DNA of 63,572 nucleotides, the filler included, from Asterionella formosa (lineage: Eukaryota): the NCBI GenBank assembly GCA_002256025.1. It is 17 parts of 17 records of this genome, joined end to end, with 100 filler letters (N's around TTAATTAATTAA, not from the genome) between each part and the next. Parts side by side here need not be neighbours in the genome. Positions count along the whole stretch, not along the records: positions 47,319 to 49,264 come from NKIB01000798.1; positions 49,365 to 51,309 come from NKIB01000799.1; positions 51,410 to 53,354 come from NKIB01000800.1; positions 53,455 to 55,398 come from NKIB01000802.1; positions 55,499 to 57,442 come from NKIB01000803.1; positions 57,543 to 59,486 come from NKIB01000804.1; positions 59,587 to 61,529 come from NKIB01000806.1; 10 more parts are not named here. One strand, 5' to 3'. A program made the translations under genes and the position numbers. Below the pieces are notes generated by a model. The model saw only the letters and a list, made by a program, of their open reading frames with translations. It was not told the DNA's origin and did no database searches. The stretch's first letter is position 1; every line of letters starts with the position of its first letter. Shown in pieces: positions 48,201 through 60,212 of the stretch.

Positions 48201-48801
48201 GTACATTACAGGCGGAGTGACTTTGCTACTAAATTGCGTGATATAATAATATACCCTGTAGCACAATGCAGAATACAGTTGCTTCCCAATCATCTCATCA
48301 TGATTGATAAGATGATACTGTGATATCATGATAAGGTTACATCGATGCATACATCACCAAAGTATGATACGTAATATTGAATAAAGTACATCACATAGCT
48401 ATGATACATTGATCCTAAAACTATGATGATTTTATAGAATGTTTATGATATAATTTTGATCAAAATATGATCATGTAAAAATAATACAATGACAATAAAA
48501 TACGATAAAATATGTATGCAAGTGTTACCAAGACATCATAGAATATAAATCAAGCAATCATAAAGTATGTTAATTAATATATGTGTTTGTCATTTAATGT
48601 ATACAGTTAAAGTCAACAGTTAGCTAATATGATAGTATTATACAGTGGATAGGATCTAAGTATATGGATGCATTGATAGGTACATCACTATAATATGATT
48701 TGTGACATGATGGATTGATGCATATCACATACCGGTATCCTCAACAACCAGCCATCACGTTCATTGTTGTGTCGTCTTTCCTTTTTTTAGCTATATATAT
48801 G

Positions 48802-49005
48802 CTCAGATCCGTTCCATTGCAAATCTTCTTTCAATAGGTCAAACTCGTCATCCTTGAGCATTTGCCTTCCAGTGGCATCGTAGGACTGAAGCGCGTCCAG
48901 AAAGATACGCTCCTTTTAGGCTACTGTGAGACGAATGAGTTCCCCACTTTCCGGATCAACGACACAGTATCCCTTGTCAGGACTAGTTTCGTTTTTGCTT
49001 GATTT
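48802..49005 (-). pseudogene. PGRL1: Decayed fragment of PGR5-like protein 1 (cyclic electron flow)
   Basis: KGYCVVDPESGELIRLTVA*KERIFLDALQSYDATGRQMLKDDEFDLLKEDLQWNGSE matches the PGRL1 motif FLxALQSxY..G...xxxEFDxLKExLxWxGS. In-frame TAA at 48916-48918. A splice acceptor and transit-peptide-like exon remnant lie upstream. Confidence 0.75.
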
Positions 49006-50294
49006 CTATGGGGAAAGATGGAAGTAAGAATTTTTTTTACTCATAAATAGTTACTAATAAAATGGTTATTTGTTTTTAATCAAGTACAGCCATTTGCAAA
49101 TAACCGCACGCTGGTGTCGTTTCTTTTGCTCCATCGACCGAGTCGGACAGAAGTGTCATGTTTATGACAAGTCTCTTCGTTCCAACCACTCCTCATATTC
49201 GAAACCCGTTTGATTCGTCGTTGTGGCAAGTTTTGTTGTGTTGCGCAGGAAGTCACAAATAGGCNNNNNNNNNNNNNNNNNNNNNNNNNNNNNNNNNNNN
49301 NNNNNNNNTTAATTAATTAANNNNNNNNNNNNNNNNNNNNNNNNNNNNNNNNNNNNNNNNNNNNCGAAGCAATGAAGTACAGCGAGGTGAACGCACATCA
49401 TGTCATTTCAATATAATGTATGTAAGATAATATTTTATCCATTTCCAAAATGCACTGATGCCCACATCCCCCTTTGCTCTCGAAAAAGCTATTGCGAAAC
49501 TTAGTCGTGACTGAATACAGATAGAAACATGACCAGGGACTAAGTTCTCTTGGAGAATAATATAGCATACATTGTCCCTCGATGCTGCGTCACTCATCAT
49601 CTTGTGCATCAGAGGTCGCAGCGCTGTGTAACCGGTAGGTGAAAGGTGCGAGAACTACCGGTATCTACCGGTATGCTACATCAACAGTACCGCGGTACAC
49701 CTCTACCGGGTAACTGTACACGTCTATAATCATTTTTATATAACAGTACCGGCAGTCATCTTCATAAACGCCAATTTCAATCGAGGAGACATATCAGTTA
49801 TTACAGTCATGTCCGTGACTGGCAGTTGTAATTTGCTCCTCTTCTTTCTGCCTTCCTTTTCTTGAATCGCCAGCCCAGCCACAACAAATTTGAGGGACTG
49901 TCAACTGCTGATCTGCCTGATATACTTTGCAAGTAGCAATGATCTTTGGCTGTCCACAGCCACATCGAGCGCGTTGGTGTGACATTAACAGTAGCTGTTA
50001 CAGTAGCTATCATGACGATTGTGATCTTGCTTGCTTCCACGAAGTTCTAATGATAATGAATGGGTGATAATTGAGTTGTGATACATATCGGTACGAATAT
50101 TCAAAACAAATGAATCGGTTATTTTACAATAGGTTTCTATTTGCTACTCAGATATTATGTAATATTTAGGGTCATCCAACTCTGTTCATCGGTTTATGGT
50201 TACTGTAGATTGTAGATTGTCGAAGTGTATACTGTCATGGTAGTAGTGAGAAGATACTCACAAGCAACAACGGGCATGGGCCATGACAGGTCAT

Positions 50295-50810
50295 CTTGAA
50301 TACCGGTACCGGTAGGCTGTTTCTTCATAAGATAGTCGTATTATTACGGGGATGTAGACTAGTACATACTGTATTTATTTATGATCCATACTGTCCCATT
50401 CATGCATGATAAACGATGTCCAATTATTCTTGCTGGTGGTTTCTCATGTGCCGGTTCTAGATGTAGTACCAGGTACTGTAAATACCCACTACATAGTTCT
50501 AGGTACCAGGTATCTAGTACTACCACCGGTAGACTATGCCGTTGAGTTCGCATTGGTTGTAATATTTTGTATTCCCTTGTTGTTAGGTACGAGGTACCGG
50601 TACTGGTACCAGGTACCGGTATTAATGATCATAATGGTACCTGGTACCAGGTACCCCGGAAATCCGGTACCAGGGGTACTAGGTACTCCAGTATACTATA
50701 AGTAAACACCGTACAATACCAGGTACCAGTACTGGTATGTACCATTTGGGTAAACTCTACTGTACAGGACCTGGTACCAGGTACCATCCTGTGCTTTTAG
50801 TACCAGTATG
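50295..50810. repeat. Dense tract of GTAC-core palindromes
   Basis: TACCGGTA at 50301, 50307, 50595 and 50614 and many TACCWGGTA/GGTACC copies, upstream of the gene at 50991. Confidence 0.85.
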
Positions 50811-50990
50811 GGGTCTACTTTTATAAATATCACATCAATATTCCTGCCCAATTTTTACATGTGAATATACGACCGGTGTAAATACAACTCTTGCTTTGCT
50901 TATCCTGCCTTGTTTCAGCATTTCTGTTTTAGAATTATTGTGTTAGCTGATCGAGCGGATCGTTCATCCATTCCAGCAATCGTTGCAAGC

Positions 50991-51300
50991 ATGTGGAAGC
51001 CAATAGTCATCGGTCTACTCTTTCCTCGGTTGACGTTCTCTCGTCAAGTCAATCGAAACTTGCGAATCCTCAACGACAGCAGAGCCCGCGTGGAATTGTA
51101 CTGGATCCACCCAACGACAAAAGCGCTCTCCCTGTTGACAACGCCTTTTATTTACGACGGAGCAACGTTTCCGCTGCAGACCTATGTTGGCCATGAGTTT
51201 GAAGTCCGTGAACTCGCTAACGCCAAGACTGGGGAATGCTACGGTGGAGAGCAGACCTGCAAGATTGGGCACTTCGCCATTTCAGAAAATGACGATCAAG
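50991..51300 (+). CDS. First exon of a probably secreted protein with a VHL-beta-like domain
   Basis: Hydrophobic N-terminus, then LRILNDSRARVELYWIHP...LQTYVGHEFEVRE, a VHL-beta-like pattern often seen in diatom prolyl-hydroxylase-like proteins. GTAAGT donor at 51301. Confidence 0.65.
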
Positions 51301-51409
51301 GTAAGTCACNNNNNNNNNNNNNNNNNNNNNNNNNNNNNNNNNNNNNNNNNNNNTTAATTAATTAANNNNNNNNNNNNNNNNNNNNNNNNNNNNNNNNNNN
51401 NNNNNNNNN

Positions 51410-52850
51410 TATTATTAAAATCATAGCATTGTTGCTATTGTCGCACATAATTCTGTTAAGGCGATATGTTCAGCATTCTGCTGGTTTTTTATTAGGCACA
51501 TCGGCCACTAACTGACCAACAGGAGGGTTCATGACCGCTAAAATTTCCTGGGCAGATTCATAATAATCGGCAGGTATGGCCCTCGGCACAGTACCCTAAC
51601 CAGACATCATCATAGGGTTAACCCATGGATTTGCTTGTATAAAACATGCACGGAAGAAATAACATGAATAGCGTTAGCTGTGTTAGTATGATAATTCGCT
51701 CCGTGTAGAAGTTCCATGCCATAGGAACAGGAACATAGTTAGTAGTGTTAGTAATGATAACTCCATGAACCTTATGTTTGACCGTTGTTTCATATCCCAT
51801 GCGTGGCCGGCTGCATTAAAATGCATTTGCCCTGCCATTATCACTGAGTATAAAATTATCATGTACAAATTTACGCTTGAAAGGGTGGTTGTATTCTTGA
51901 TACATCACAGGACTGCATTTAGCAAGAATGCGAAGACGATCTTTTGTTAAAATTGACACCAGTCACGCTTATTTTCTTGATACGTCATGGAAGTGTCTTC
52001 AACTTCAACTATTTATATACGATTTTGTGTTAGAAAATTGACACCAGCAGGCACGCGCGTTCTCTCGACATAACACGATTGCCTTCAACAAGCGATGCGA
52101 AGTCGATTTCGGCTTATGGTAGAACTCATGCTTGAGGATGTGCTTGAGTTGATCTTTGAATGATAGTTGACTCTCGAAGTAAGTCAAAACCAAGCGAATC
52201 AATTTTTTTTTTGTTCTTTTCATTGTTCCACTCAAACACTTGTTGCCACGCATTGTCGATCAAGCAAAATGACAATCAACCTCAAATCTTCCTTGGCGGA
52301 AACCTCTTGATCTTCTGGATGAGTTATCATGAGTTTTAGGAGCTTCTTTAAGGTCTTGAGACAGGCAACGAAGTCGATTATAAACATGTTGAAATGTTTT
52401 ATTGAGTAATATCATGGCATCCAGTCACTGTTATTGACTCTCAGAGATATCATGAAGAAGGTAATCTTCCAGCCACATCACTATGACTTTCTTGTTGAGA
52501 CTGTTATGGTGGGACTGAGCATCTGAGTGTATTGCAACGCTCATCCAGTCAGACAGAACGATATCTATGAGTCATCTTTTGTAGCAGTAGGTGAACAAGC
52601 AAGGAATCTGCTGGACTGAAGATATATGTGTTAGCCATATCACAGGATTTACTGAAATCAATAAACAAGCTTCCCCTGAGCGTCAATTGATCATATCTTT
52701 GCTGTAAGACTCCAAATGTCGACCTGGCTTGTTAGGATACACAAAGAAATTTGAATCTTGATGTTTAGTATGTTGTTATCCTTCATCAATGGGACCACTG
52801 GAACTTGAGAGGACATCAACAATATTAATTCTAATTGGACTCTTTTTGAA
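51410..52850. repeat. Near-identical duplicate of 61630-63088
   Basis: Both contigs start with the same sequence (TATTATTAAAATCATAGC...) and stay colinear with scattered substitutions and indels. The last about 500 bp is a minus-strand degenerate Gypsy gag. Confidence 0.92.
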
Positions 52851-52882
52851 TTCAAAAAGAGTCGAATTAGAAGACAACAAAC

Positions 52883-53354
52883 ATGGCAATGTATTCAAGG
52901 GTTCCTGTGATTCCTTTGATCAAAGACTACAATGTATTGACTATCAAAACTAAAACGTTCAGAGTTGCTTTAACCGGTGGAAGGTTTGAATCGTTTGATC
53001 AAGATATGATTGATGGAAGCTCAGTGGAAGCATTGTTAATTGGAGTTAGTCAATTTCGTGATATGGCTAACACATGTGACTTTAGCCCTGCAGATACCTT
53101 TTCCTATTTTAAAAGGTGTTTGACAGACATTGCCTTATCGGATTGGTTGAATGTGGAAGTACACCCAGAAGATCAATCTTACGATAGTTTCGAAGAAGCG
53201 ATGGCTTTATGGTTAGACGATCGTTTACCAAATGAGAGTTTTCAACATCAACGACAATGGATGCTACGTTATTTATCTAAACCCTTTTCCATGTTGGTAA
53301 TGGATTACGGAGCTCGTATTAAAACTCTAAACAGGCTACTTCAACTAATGCCTC
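52883..53354 (+). mobile_element. Gypsy gag 5' end (open frame, truncated by contig end)
   Basis: MAMYSRVPVIPLIKDY... is nearly identical to 39616 and continues past the point where that copy is deleted. Confidence 0.85.
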
Positions 53355-54815
53355 NNNNNNNNNNNNNNNNNNNNNNNNNNNNNNNNNNNNNNNNNNNNTT
53401 AATTAATTAANNNNNNNNNNNNNNNNNNNNNNNNNNNNNNNNNNNNNNNNNNNNCAAATGACTTACAATGCTGTGAATCAAATCATTTTCTCACTTATTT
53501 CATTCATCACCTACTGAACAGGGAATGCACACAACCATAGACAAGTTGCCATGTTTCAGGAATTGAAATTGTTTCATGCCATGGCACCTAAAGATATTAT
53601 TTCACTTTCTTGGACTTAAAAAAACAACTGCCTGTGTATCAATGCTTGTATGTCCTCATGATTCTTTCCATTTTGGGAGTGCTTCAGAATCGACATCTCT
53701 GTATCAGTACTCCTTTCATTGTGATGGTGTGACTGGTGAATTTTTGAGTGAGTGATTGGAATGGAAACAGATCCAGTTGTTTCCTACAAAATGATGTATG
53801 TATTCAAAATTTATGAATTTTTAATGTATTTTTCTTGCATGATATTTCTGAACCATGCTCTTGCTTCTTTCATTGCAGTGCTTCAATGTAAATATATCTT
53901 TCTCTGTGCTCCAATTTGCTTTGTATGATAAAGTAATGTTGAATTGCAATCATGAACAAGGCAAAGCTGGGTCTCGAAAACCAACAGATGTTGCAAAAAA
54001 ATTCAGAAATTCGATATTGCTATACTAGGACTCCACAGTATATTTGTCTTCTTATTTAAAAAGCAAAAAATTTGAATATTCATTAAAGAATATAATGGTA
54101 GTATTGTAGATATTAGTTTGCTATTAATCTTGAAAGATTATCCTGGTACTGTTATGGGTTGCGCAAATGAGTTATTGGTTCTGCTTCGAGGGATACCTTG
54201 TTTTGGTTGAAATTCTGTGCTACTACCTTGCATTGGGTTAAAATTAAGGTACTTCTTGCATTGGCATGTCCAAAGCAAGATATACCTTAAATTGGAATTG
54301 ATGATCTGATTGGGTTGCCAAGACATGGTGGATGCAACAAGAATAGTAAAAACTAATACAAGATACAAAGTTGCCTATTTCCTGGTATTGGCAAATTCAC
54401 TATTAATCTGTTAAGAATAGGTGGATCATCATCGCCATATCGTTGTTTCCACTGCCAGTCTCCATACTCAGAATAGATTTTATTTGAGTCCACAATTGCG
54501 GTAAAAACTAATTAATTCCGAAGAAATAGAATTGCATTTTTTAATTATATTTTTGTCTTCCTACATCACAGCCCATGGGTGGCTGACAATTAGGTTTTCC
54601 TAAAAACTGTTTGCATCGCTTTTTCGTCTCCCTGACCGAAACCATAATAAGAAACCCAAAATTTTGTTTTGCCGGATCACCCCAACAAACATTGTGACTT
54701 TGGGCACTGGTGCATGGGATCTGTACTGGTTTTAATTGTCCATTCGTTACAATGGGATTTTTTAAATTCATGCATTAGCTGCACCCTAGGGTCTACATGA
54801 AAAAGAAAGACAGGT

Positions 54816-54927
54816 GAAGAATGCAGAAATCGAACCCGCCGCTTATGAAGGCGTGCTGTCCTACTACCAGTAAGGAATCCATCCTACCGAGACTGGAGCC
54901 TGCTACATACCGTTAGACAACAAATCT
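54816..54927 (-). pseudogene. Possible tRNA-derived relic (SINE head or tRNA pseudogene)
   Basis: The minus strand has an A-box-like TTGTCTAACGGTA and a T-arm/B-box GCGGGTTCGATTTCTGC. The spacing is long and the acceptor stem does not pair. Confidence 0.3.
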
Positions 54928-56639
54928 ATTTCCAGAGCTTTACTACAGTACCGGTACCTTACCGTTCAGGTTCATACTCCCCACAGCATGATTGGAATTA
55001 GGTACAAGTACCTGTTACCAAGTACCTGCAGAAGGGATAGCAATTGTTGTTATGGAACTTATTTTAGTCTGCATATTGTCATGAGCATGTGTTCACATAA
55101 CGCAGCATGACTTTGCCCAAGGCAGACTTGCCCGAACCATTGCTGCTTGCGCCAGTGAAAAATATGTTGTTGGAAAAGCAGTACGAGCGTGTCTAGCTAC
55201 CGGGTAGAGAGTTGTAGCTAGCTTATGCTAGTCAATTAAATTAATGACAGCCAATTCAACATTGCTACTAAGTAAACAATCAGTGACAAAGGACGTACAA
55301 TAACTTTGAGGAGCTCTTGCGGATTAGATATTAGTAACAATTTTCCGTTGTATAGCTTAGTTCCACCATCCCTTTCCACCGGTACGGAAATCGTCCTCNN
55401 NNNNNNNNNNNNNNNNNNNNNNNNNNNNNNNNNNNNNNNNNNTTAATTAATTAANNNNNNNNNNNNNNNNNNNNNNNNNNNNNNNNNNNNNNNNNNNNAA
55501 CAACTGTTCATTCACAAACTAGATCTGTTTCCCCAGCACCATGATCACTCCAATGTCTTGGTTGCTCACACTTTACAAAAAGTGAATTGACATCTCATGT
55601 CAAAATCAAGATTCATTCCATTGAATTATTACACGCCATTGTTCATTCAAATATAATCATATTAAAATTTGATCAAATTGATCAAATCACATAAAATAGA
55701 ATCCACGATTCAATATTTTGTCAAAACTTCACATGCGAGCTTCTATCACTGGATGCAAGTAACCTTATTTTCTGAAATAGTGGCATTAATTCATGTGAAT
55801 TGACAAATTATTCGACTCATCGGTACATGAAATTTCGAAAATTGGCATGTGTTGTATGCTGCGGCTTAGATGATGTTTCTACTTTATAGGCTGCAAGCAA
55901 TATCAAGAAGGACCTGGTGACATAAATATTCTGGACAACATTGCGTCATGTTTCAAGTTATGATTTTCAAGTACTATGGCAAGGAGAAGGAGAAACAAGA
56001 TCTCACACGACCAAGGTGACAGATGTATTTGGAAGATTATTCAATCTACCATTGCCAATCTGGTATGGAGTGCATACCAGGTATAGTCTAAGCCTCCTAC
56101 CAGGTACCCTGTACTAAGTCTATGCACAAGTACAGATGGCGATAAATAACTTCTTGGATCATTATGAAACATCATCCAGGGCAAATCCACAAATCATCAG
56201 ATAAAGTTGACGTCCAAAAAATGACCAACCATCGTCAACCTTTATAGGAAAAAGAGATCATTTTCCTCTCTTTGGCAATGGCGATCAGCCATTCTACAAA
56301 CTGCAAATAGTGGAAAAGAATAGCGCTCTCCAGGACCTTCTTACCCAGTACCAGGTACTCAGAGTTCCACCAAAAAATGAGAGCCAGCCAACATTCAATC
56401 ACCACATCATTTTTTACTTATATGATGAAATTCGAACCAAGTAAGAATTTTATTGTAGAGAATAGAAAAGGAATCGCTTATCATGTAATCAGTTCTAAAG
56501 TAGAACATACAGTTATGGAGGTCTAAACCAATTTAGCTATGTCACACATTTTGATTTAAAAAGCAATCTGTCATAACATATTTTTTACATTTAAAAAAGC
56601 CAAGGCAGGGTTGATCTTGAATTGTAAGTTACCATTACT

Positions 56640-56885
56640 TTTATTGGAACTTATGACCTTGTTTTGGGATGTGACATAGTAGAGCCAAAACCCAATACAA
56701 ACCTTGAATTGTAAACAAACATCACCTTGTATTGGGATGGGATGAAGTACAGCCAAAACCTAATAAGGGGGCAACCATGACATGCAAATTATCTTCACCT
56801 TGTATTGGAACTTGTGACCTTGTATTATTTGGATGTGTCAAAGTACAGCCAAAACCCATTACAGTGGGGCAACCTTGAATTGCAA
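56640..56885. repeat. Three degenerate tandem units of about 75-90 bp
   Basis: CCTTGT(A/T)TT..GGATG...AGTA(C/G)AGCCAAAACC recurs three times. Confidence 0.75.
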
Positions 56886-57542
56886 TATATCTACTGGTAG
56901 ACCAACTGTCATATAAACCGGTACTTACTCTGTCTATAAATATAGAATAATACCTGTAGACATGTAACCACACGTGTCATCACCATACTACTGTTCCTGG
57001 TCACCATTGAATGATGATACCAGAGGTGTGTTCCAATATCTCTCTTGCTTTTTTCTTTGCCAGCAGTACAGCGTGGTATCTGGTGGAGTATTATGTTGTC
57101 CTACACTCGAATACCATACCAAGGAGCTGTCAAAAGTCTATGTACATAATTTGAACTCCAAGTACCTGGTACCAGGTACTTACCTTGAATCGGGTTCTGA
57201 GGAGATGCATACCGGTAGTACCTGGGACGACGTTCGAGTTTACAGGACGAAACGCTCAAAAATTTGGCCCCCTCCCGGTCATTTTGAGAACTCATGTCGG
57301 ATCAATAGCACCACCTAACACCTTTTTGTGAGCAATAAGCATTTTCTTTTGTGCCTGATGGAAGATAGATTTGTCTTCTTAATCCGTTAGAGTGACATTT
57401 GAATTTTTCGACGAAGGATTCATGTCGACGACAGTCAACGGANNNNNNNNNNNNNNNNNNNNNNNNNNNNNNNNNNNNNNNNNNNNTTAATTAATTAANN
57501 NNNNNNNNNNNNNNNNNNNNNNNNNNNNNNNNNNNNNNNNNN

Positions 57543-57701
57543 TGCAACATACTCAGGCGACGACGTGGGAACGTAAATGGAGGGAGGATGACCATGAGCG
57601 GCAAAGGAGTGGTGGTACAGGGCATCGCCGTGAGGAGGTGGCAGCGAATCGGGGCACCACAGTGGATCTTGATTGGCGTCCTCGGGCGAGGTAGAGCGCA
57701 T
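57543..57701 (-). CDS. Possible 5' end of a gene divergent from the AAA ATPase
   Basis: GC-rich, Pro/His-rich ORF from ATG 57701, open to the contig edge. Confidence 0.4.
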
Positions 57702-58119
57702 TATGAGAAATCAACCGGAAGGGATCAATAACCTGTCAGAGAGAGAGAGAGGGAGAGACGATCACTTACAATGCATCGACAGCGATCGATTGATAGAAAA
57801 AATGAGTTTTAGAGTGAAAGAATTAGGGATACTACTGCTACTAGCTACTGGGAAAGGCCTACTTGCGTATGTTCTAGTACGGGGTAACCGGTACCCTGTA
57901 CTAACAATCATACTGATAAAATCTATATATATTCGTAGTCTAATATATTATATGCAAAACCGTTAAATGAATGACTGCACCACTTCGCAATGAACATATA
58001 TCATAAATACGAGTATAATACAAAGCAATAAGAGGTACCGGTACTCATATAATTACGGGGTATTCAACATTCCACACCCCCTTTCCACCAGCCCATAATC
58101 ATGCTGAAACGACGCAAGG

Positions 58120-59486
58120 ATGATTGAATCACATCCATCCTATTCAACGTCCGACCATCCACAACAGCCATTCACGATGAGCTTCCCTATCCTGAAATCT
58201 GCTGTTATGAATGATGGGTACGACTCAGAATCGACTGTTGCAGTAGTCCCATGTGGACGACCCCTTCATTTCTTAGAAGGAGAACTATTTGGAAGGGATG
58301 CCGAGGCGAGTGCTCTCATTGAAGCATACGAACGCCAAATATTTGCTACCGATCGAGAGCTTGCGTTGCTTACCGGAGCATCCGGCACCGGCAAGACGAG
58401 GTTAGCCCAGGTTTTACGAGATCACGTCGAAAAGAATGGGGGCATGATGATCACAGGCAAATTCGATCAGCTCCAGTCGCCGAAACCCTTTTCCGCTTTT
58501 GTCATGGCGTTTACTGATTTTTCCAATCAAATCATGCAGAAGGGCGATGACACTGTAGTTTGGGTACGGAATATGGTACTGGCGGGTGACGGTATCGACA
58601 CCAAGCTCCTCATTGGCATGATCCCTGCGCTAGCCACAATTCTGGAAGAGTCGTCTAGAGACAGCTACAATCAAGAGCCTACGCAGCTACTCCCCGATCT
58701 CCAACGGCAGCGATTTTTAAGCGTTTTTGCCGAATTTCTAAGTGTGATTTGCACTCGAGAATACCCTTGTGTCGTATTTCTTGATGATTTGCAGTGGGCT
58801 GATGTTGGGAGTCTGGCTCTCTTGAATAAACTTGTTAGCAAGTCTCAGAATAACCAAGGATCAATGATACTGGGTGCTTGCAGAGGAAACGAAGTTCAAA
58901 TTGACGATCCATTAGCTGAGATGCTGAGATCCCTTGAAGACACCAGTGGTGTTCGAATTACGAATATCATGCTAAGGAACCTGAGCCAAGAATCGGTCAA
59001 AATTTTTTTAGCTTTGAGCCTAGATCGAAACGAAGCAATTTGCGAGACACTCAGTGGTATAGTCTATAAAATCACGAACGGAAACATTTTCTTCACCAAG
59101 CAATACGTACAATCACTACACGCCGATGGAATCATATTCTTCGACGAAACCAACAAGCAATGGACATGGAACGAAGATCGGTTGCAAAAATCTTCATGGA
59201 CAAATACGGAGCTACTATCCAAAACATGGCATGATCTAGCCCCAGAGCATCAAGACCTTTTGAAGGTGGCTTCCTCATTAGGTGGGGTATCTACTACGGA
59301 AACTTTGTGCTTGCTATTGCCTCAATCTATCGTGGAAAAGGGTATACAGAAAGCAATTGGTAGAGGCATCCTCGTGCCGATAACGGGTACATCCAAACAC
59401 GATTCCTATCGCTTTGCTCATGATCAGCTTCAACAAGCTGCATATGATTTGATTCCAATCAAGGAAAAGAAGGAATTTCACTTATG
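58120..59486 (+). CDS. Bacterial-type AAA (STAND-like) ATPase domain protein of the multi-sensor kinase family, 3'-truncated
   Basis: LFGRDAE, Walker A GASGTGKT, GKFDQ..PFSAF, Walker B VFLDDLQWAD, CRGNEV, TNGNIFF and YRFAHDQLQQAAY. Confidence 0.88.
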
Positions 59487-60212
59487 NNNNNNNNNNNNNN
59501 NNNNNNNNNNNNNNNNNNNNNNNNNNNNNNTTAATTAATTAANNNNNNNNNNNNNNNNNNNNNNNNNNNNNNNNNNNNNNNNNNNNGGGGGGTCCAGGAC
59601 AATGAAGTATACGGTATGATCTTTAATCAATGAATTTAGATTTGTTTATTCTATAACTTTGATCATAACATATTGATCATATGATGAATGGTGTCGTTGA
59701 TGAAAAATGAATGTAACGAATGCATTTTTCGAGTAAGCCTATCCTAATGTAGAATGATCGTATGTTAGCAACGTAATCATTCATAAGCGAACAGCAAAGA
59801 CGCAAGTGGTGCCGGCGATTTGATGCAATTATTTTCAACCAAAGGGAGGAGTAAGTAGAACGGCAATGATGACTAAATATTTGCTGCTCCTGGCTGCTAT
59901 CATTTTCTTTTTTCACGCACTGCAGGAATAATTCTTAAACGCTATTCATGGTCTAATATTTTATCAACAACACTATATCCGTCGTGACGCGGGTAAATAA
60001 ATCCCTGTAAAGAACATATTTTCATTTATTCTACATATGCGAATATGACAATGAATGCCATATTGTTTTCCGGACTCACATTGCATGTGCTATGATAAGA
60101 ATAGTGTATCACTACTACCGGTATCATCCTCAAATCATTAACAACACCATAAAAAGAATACAAAACTTCCACAAAGTTGATTTCATTGCTACTTCTTTCA
60201 GTCGATATCAAC

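Noticed and set aside
51580..52250. Minus-strand DDVWLGYC peptide as a glycosyltransferase relic
   Set aside because: A single short motif in a stop-ridden frame, not enough to call.
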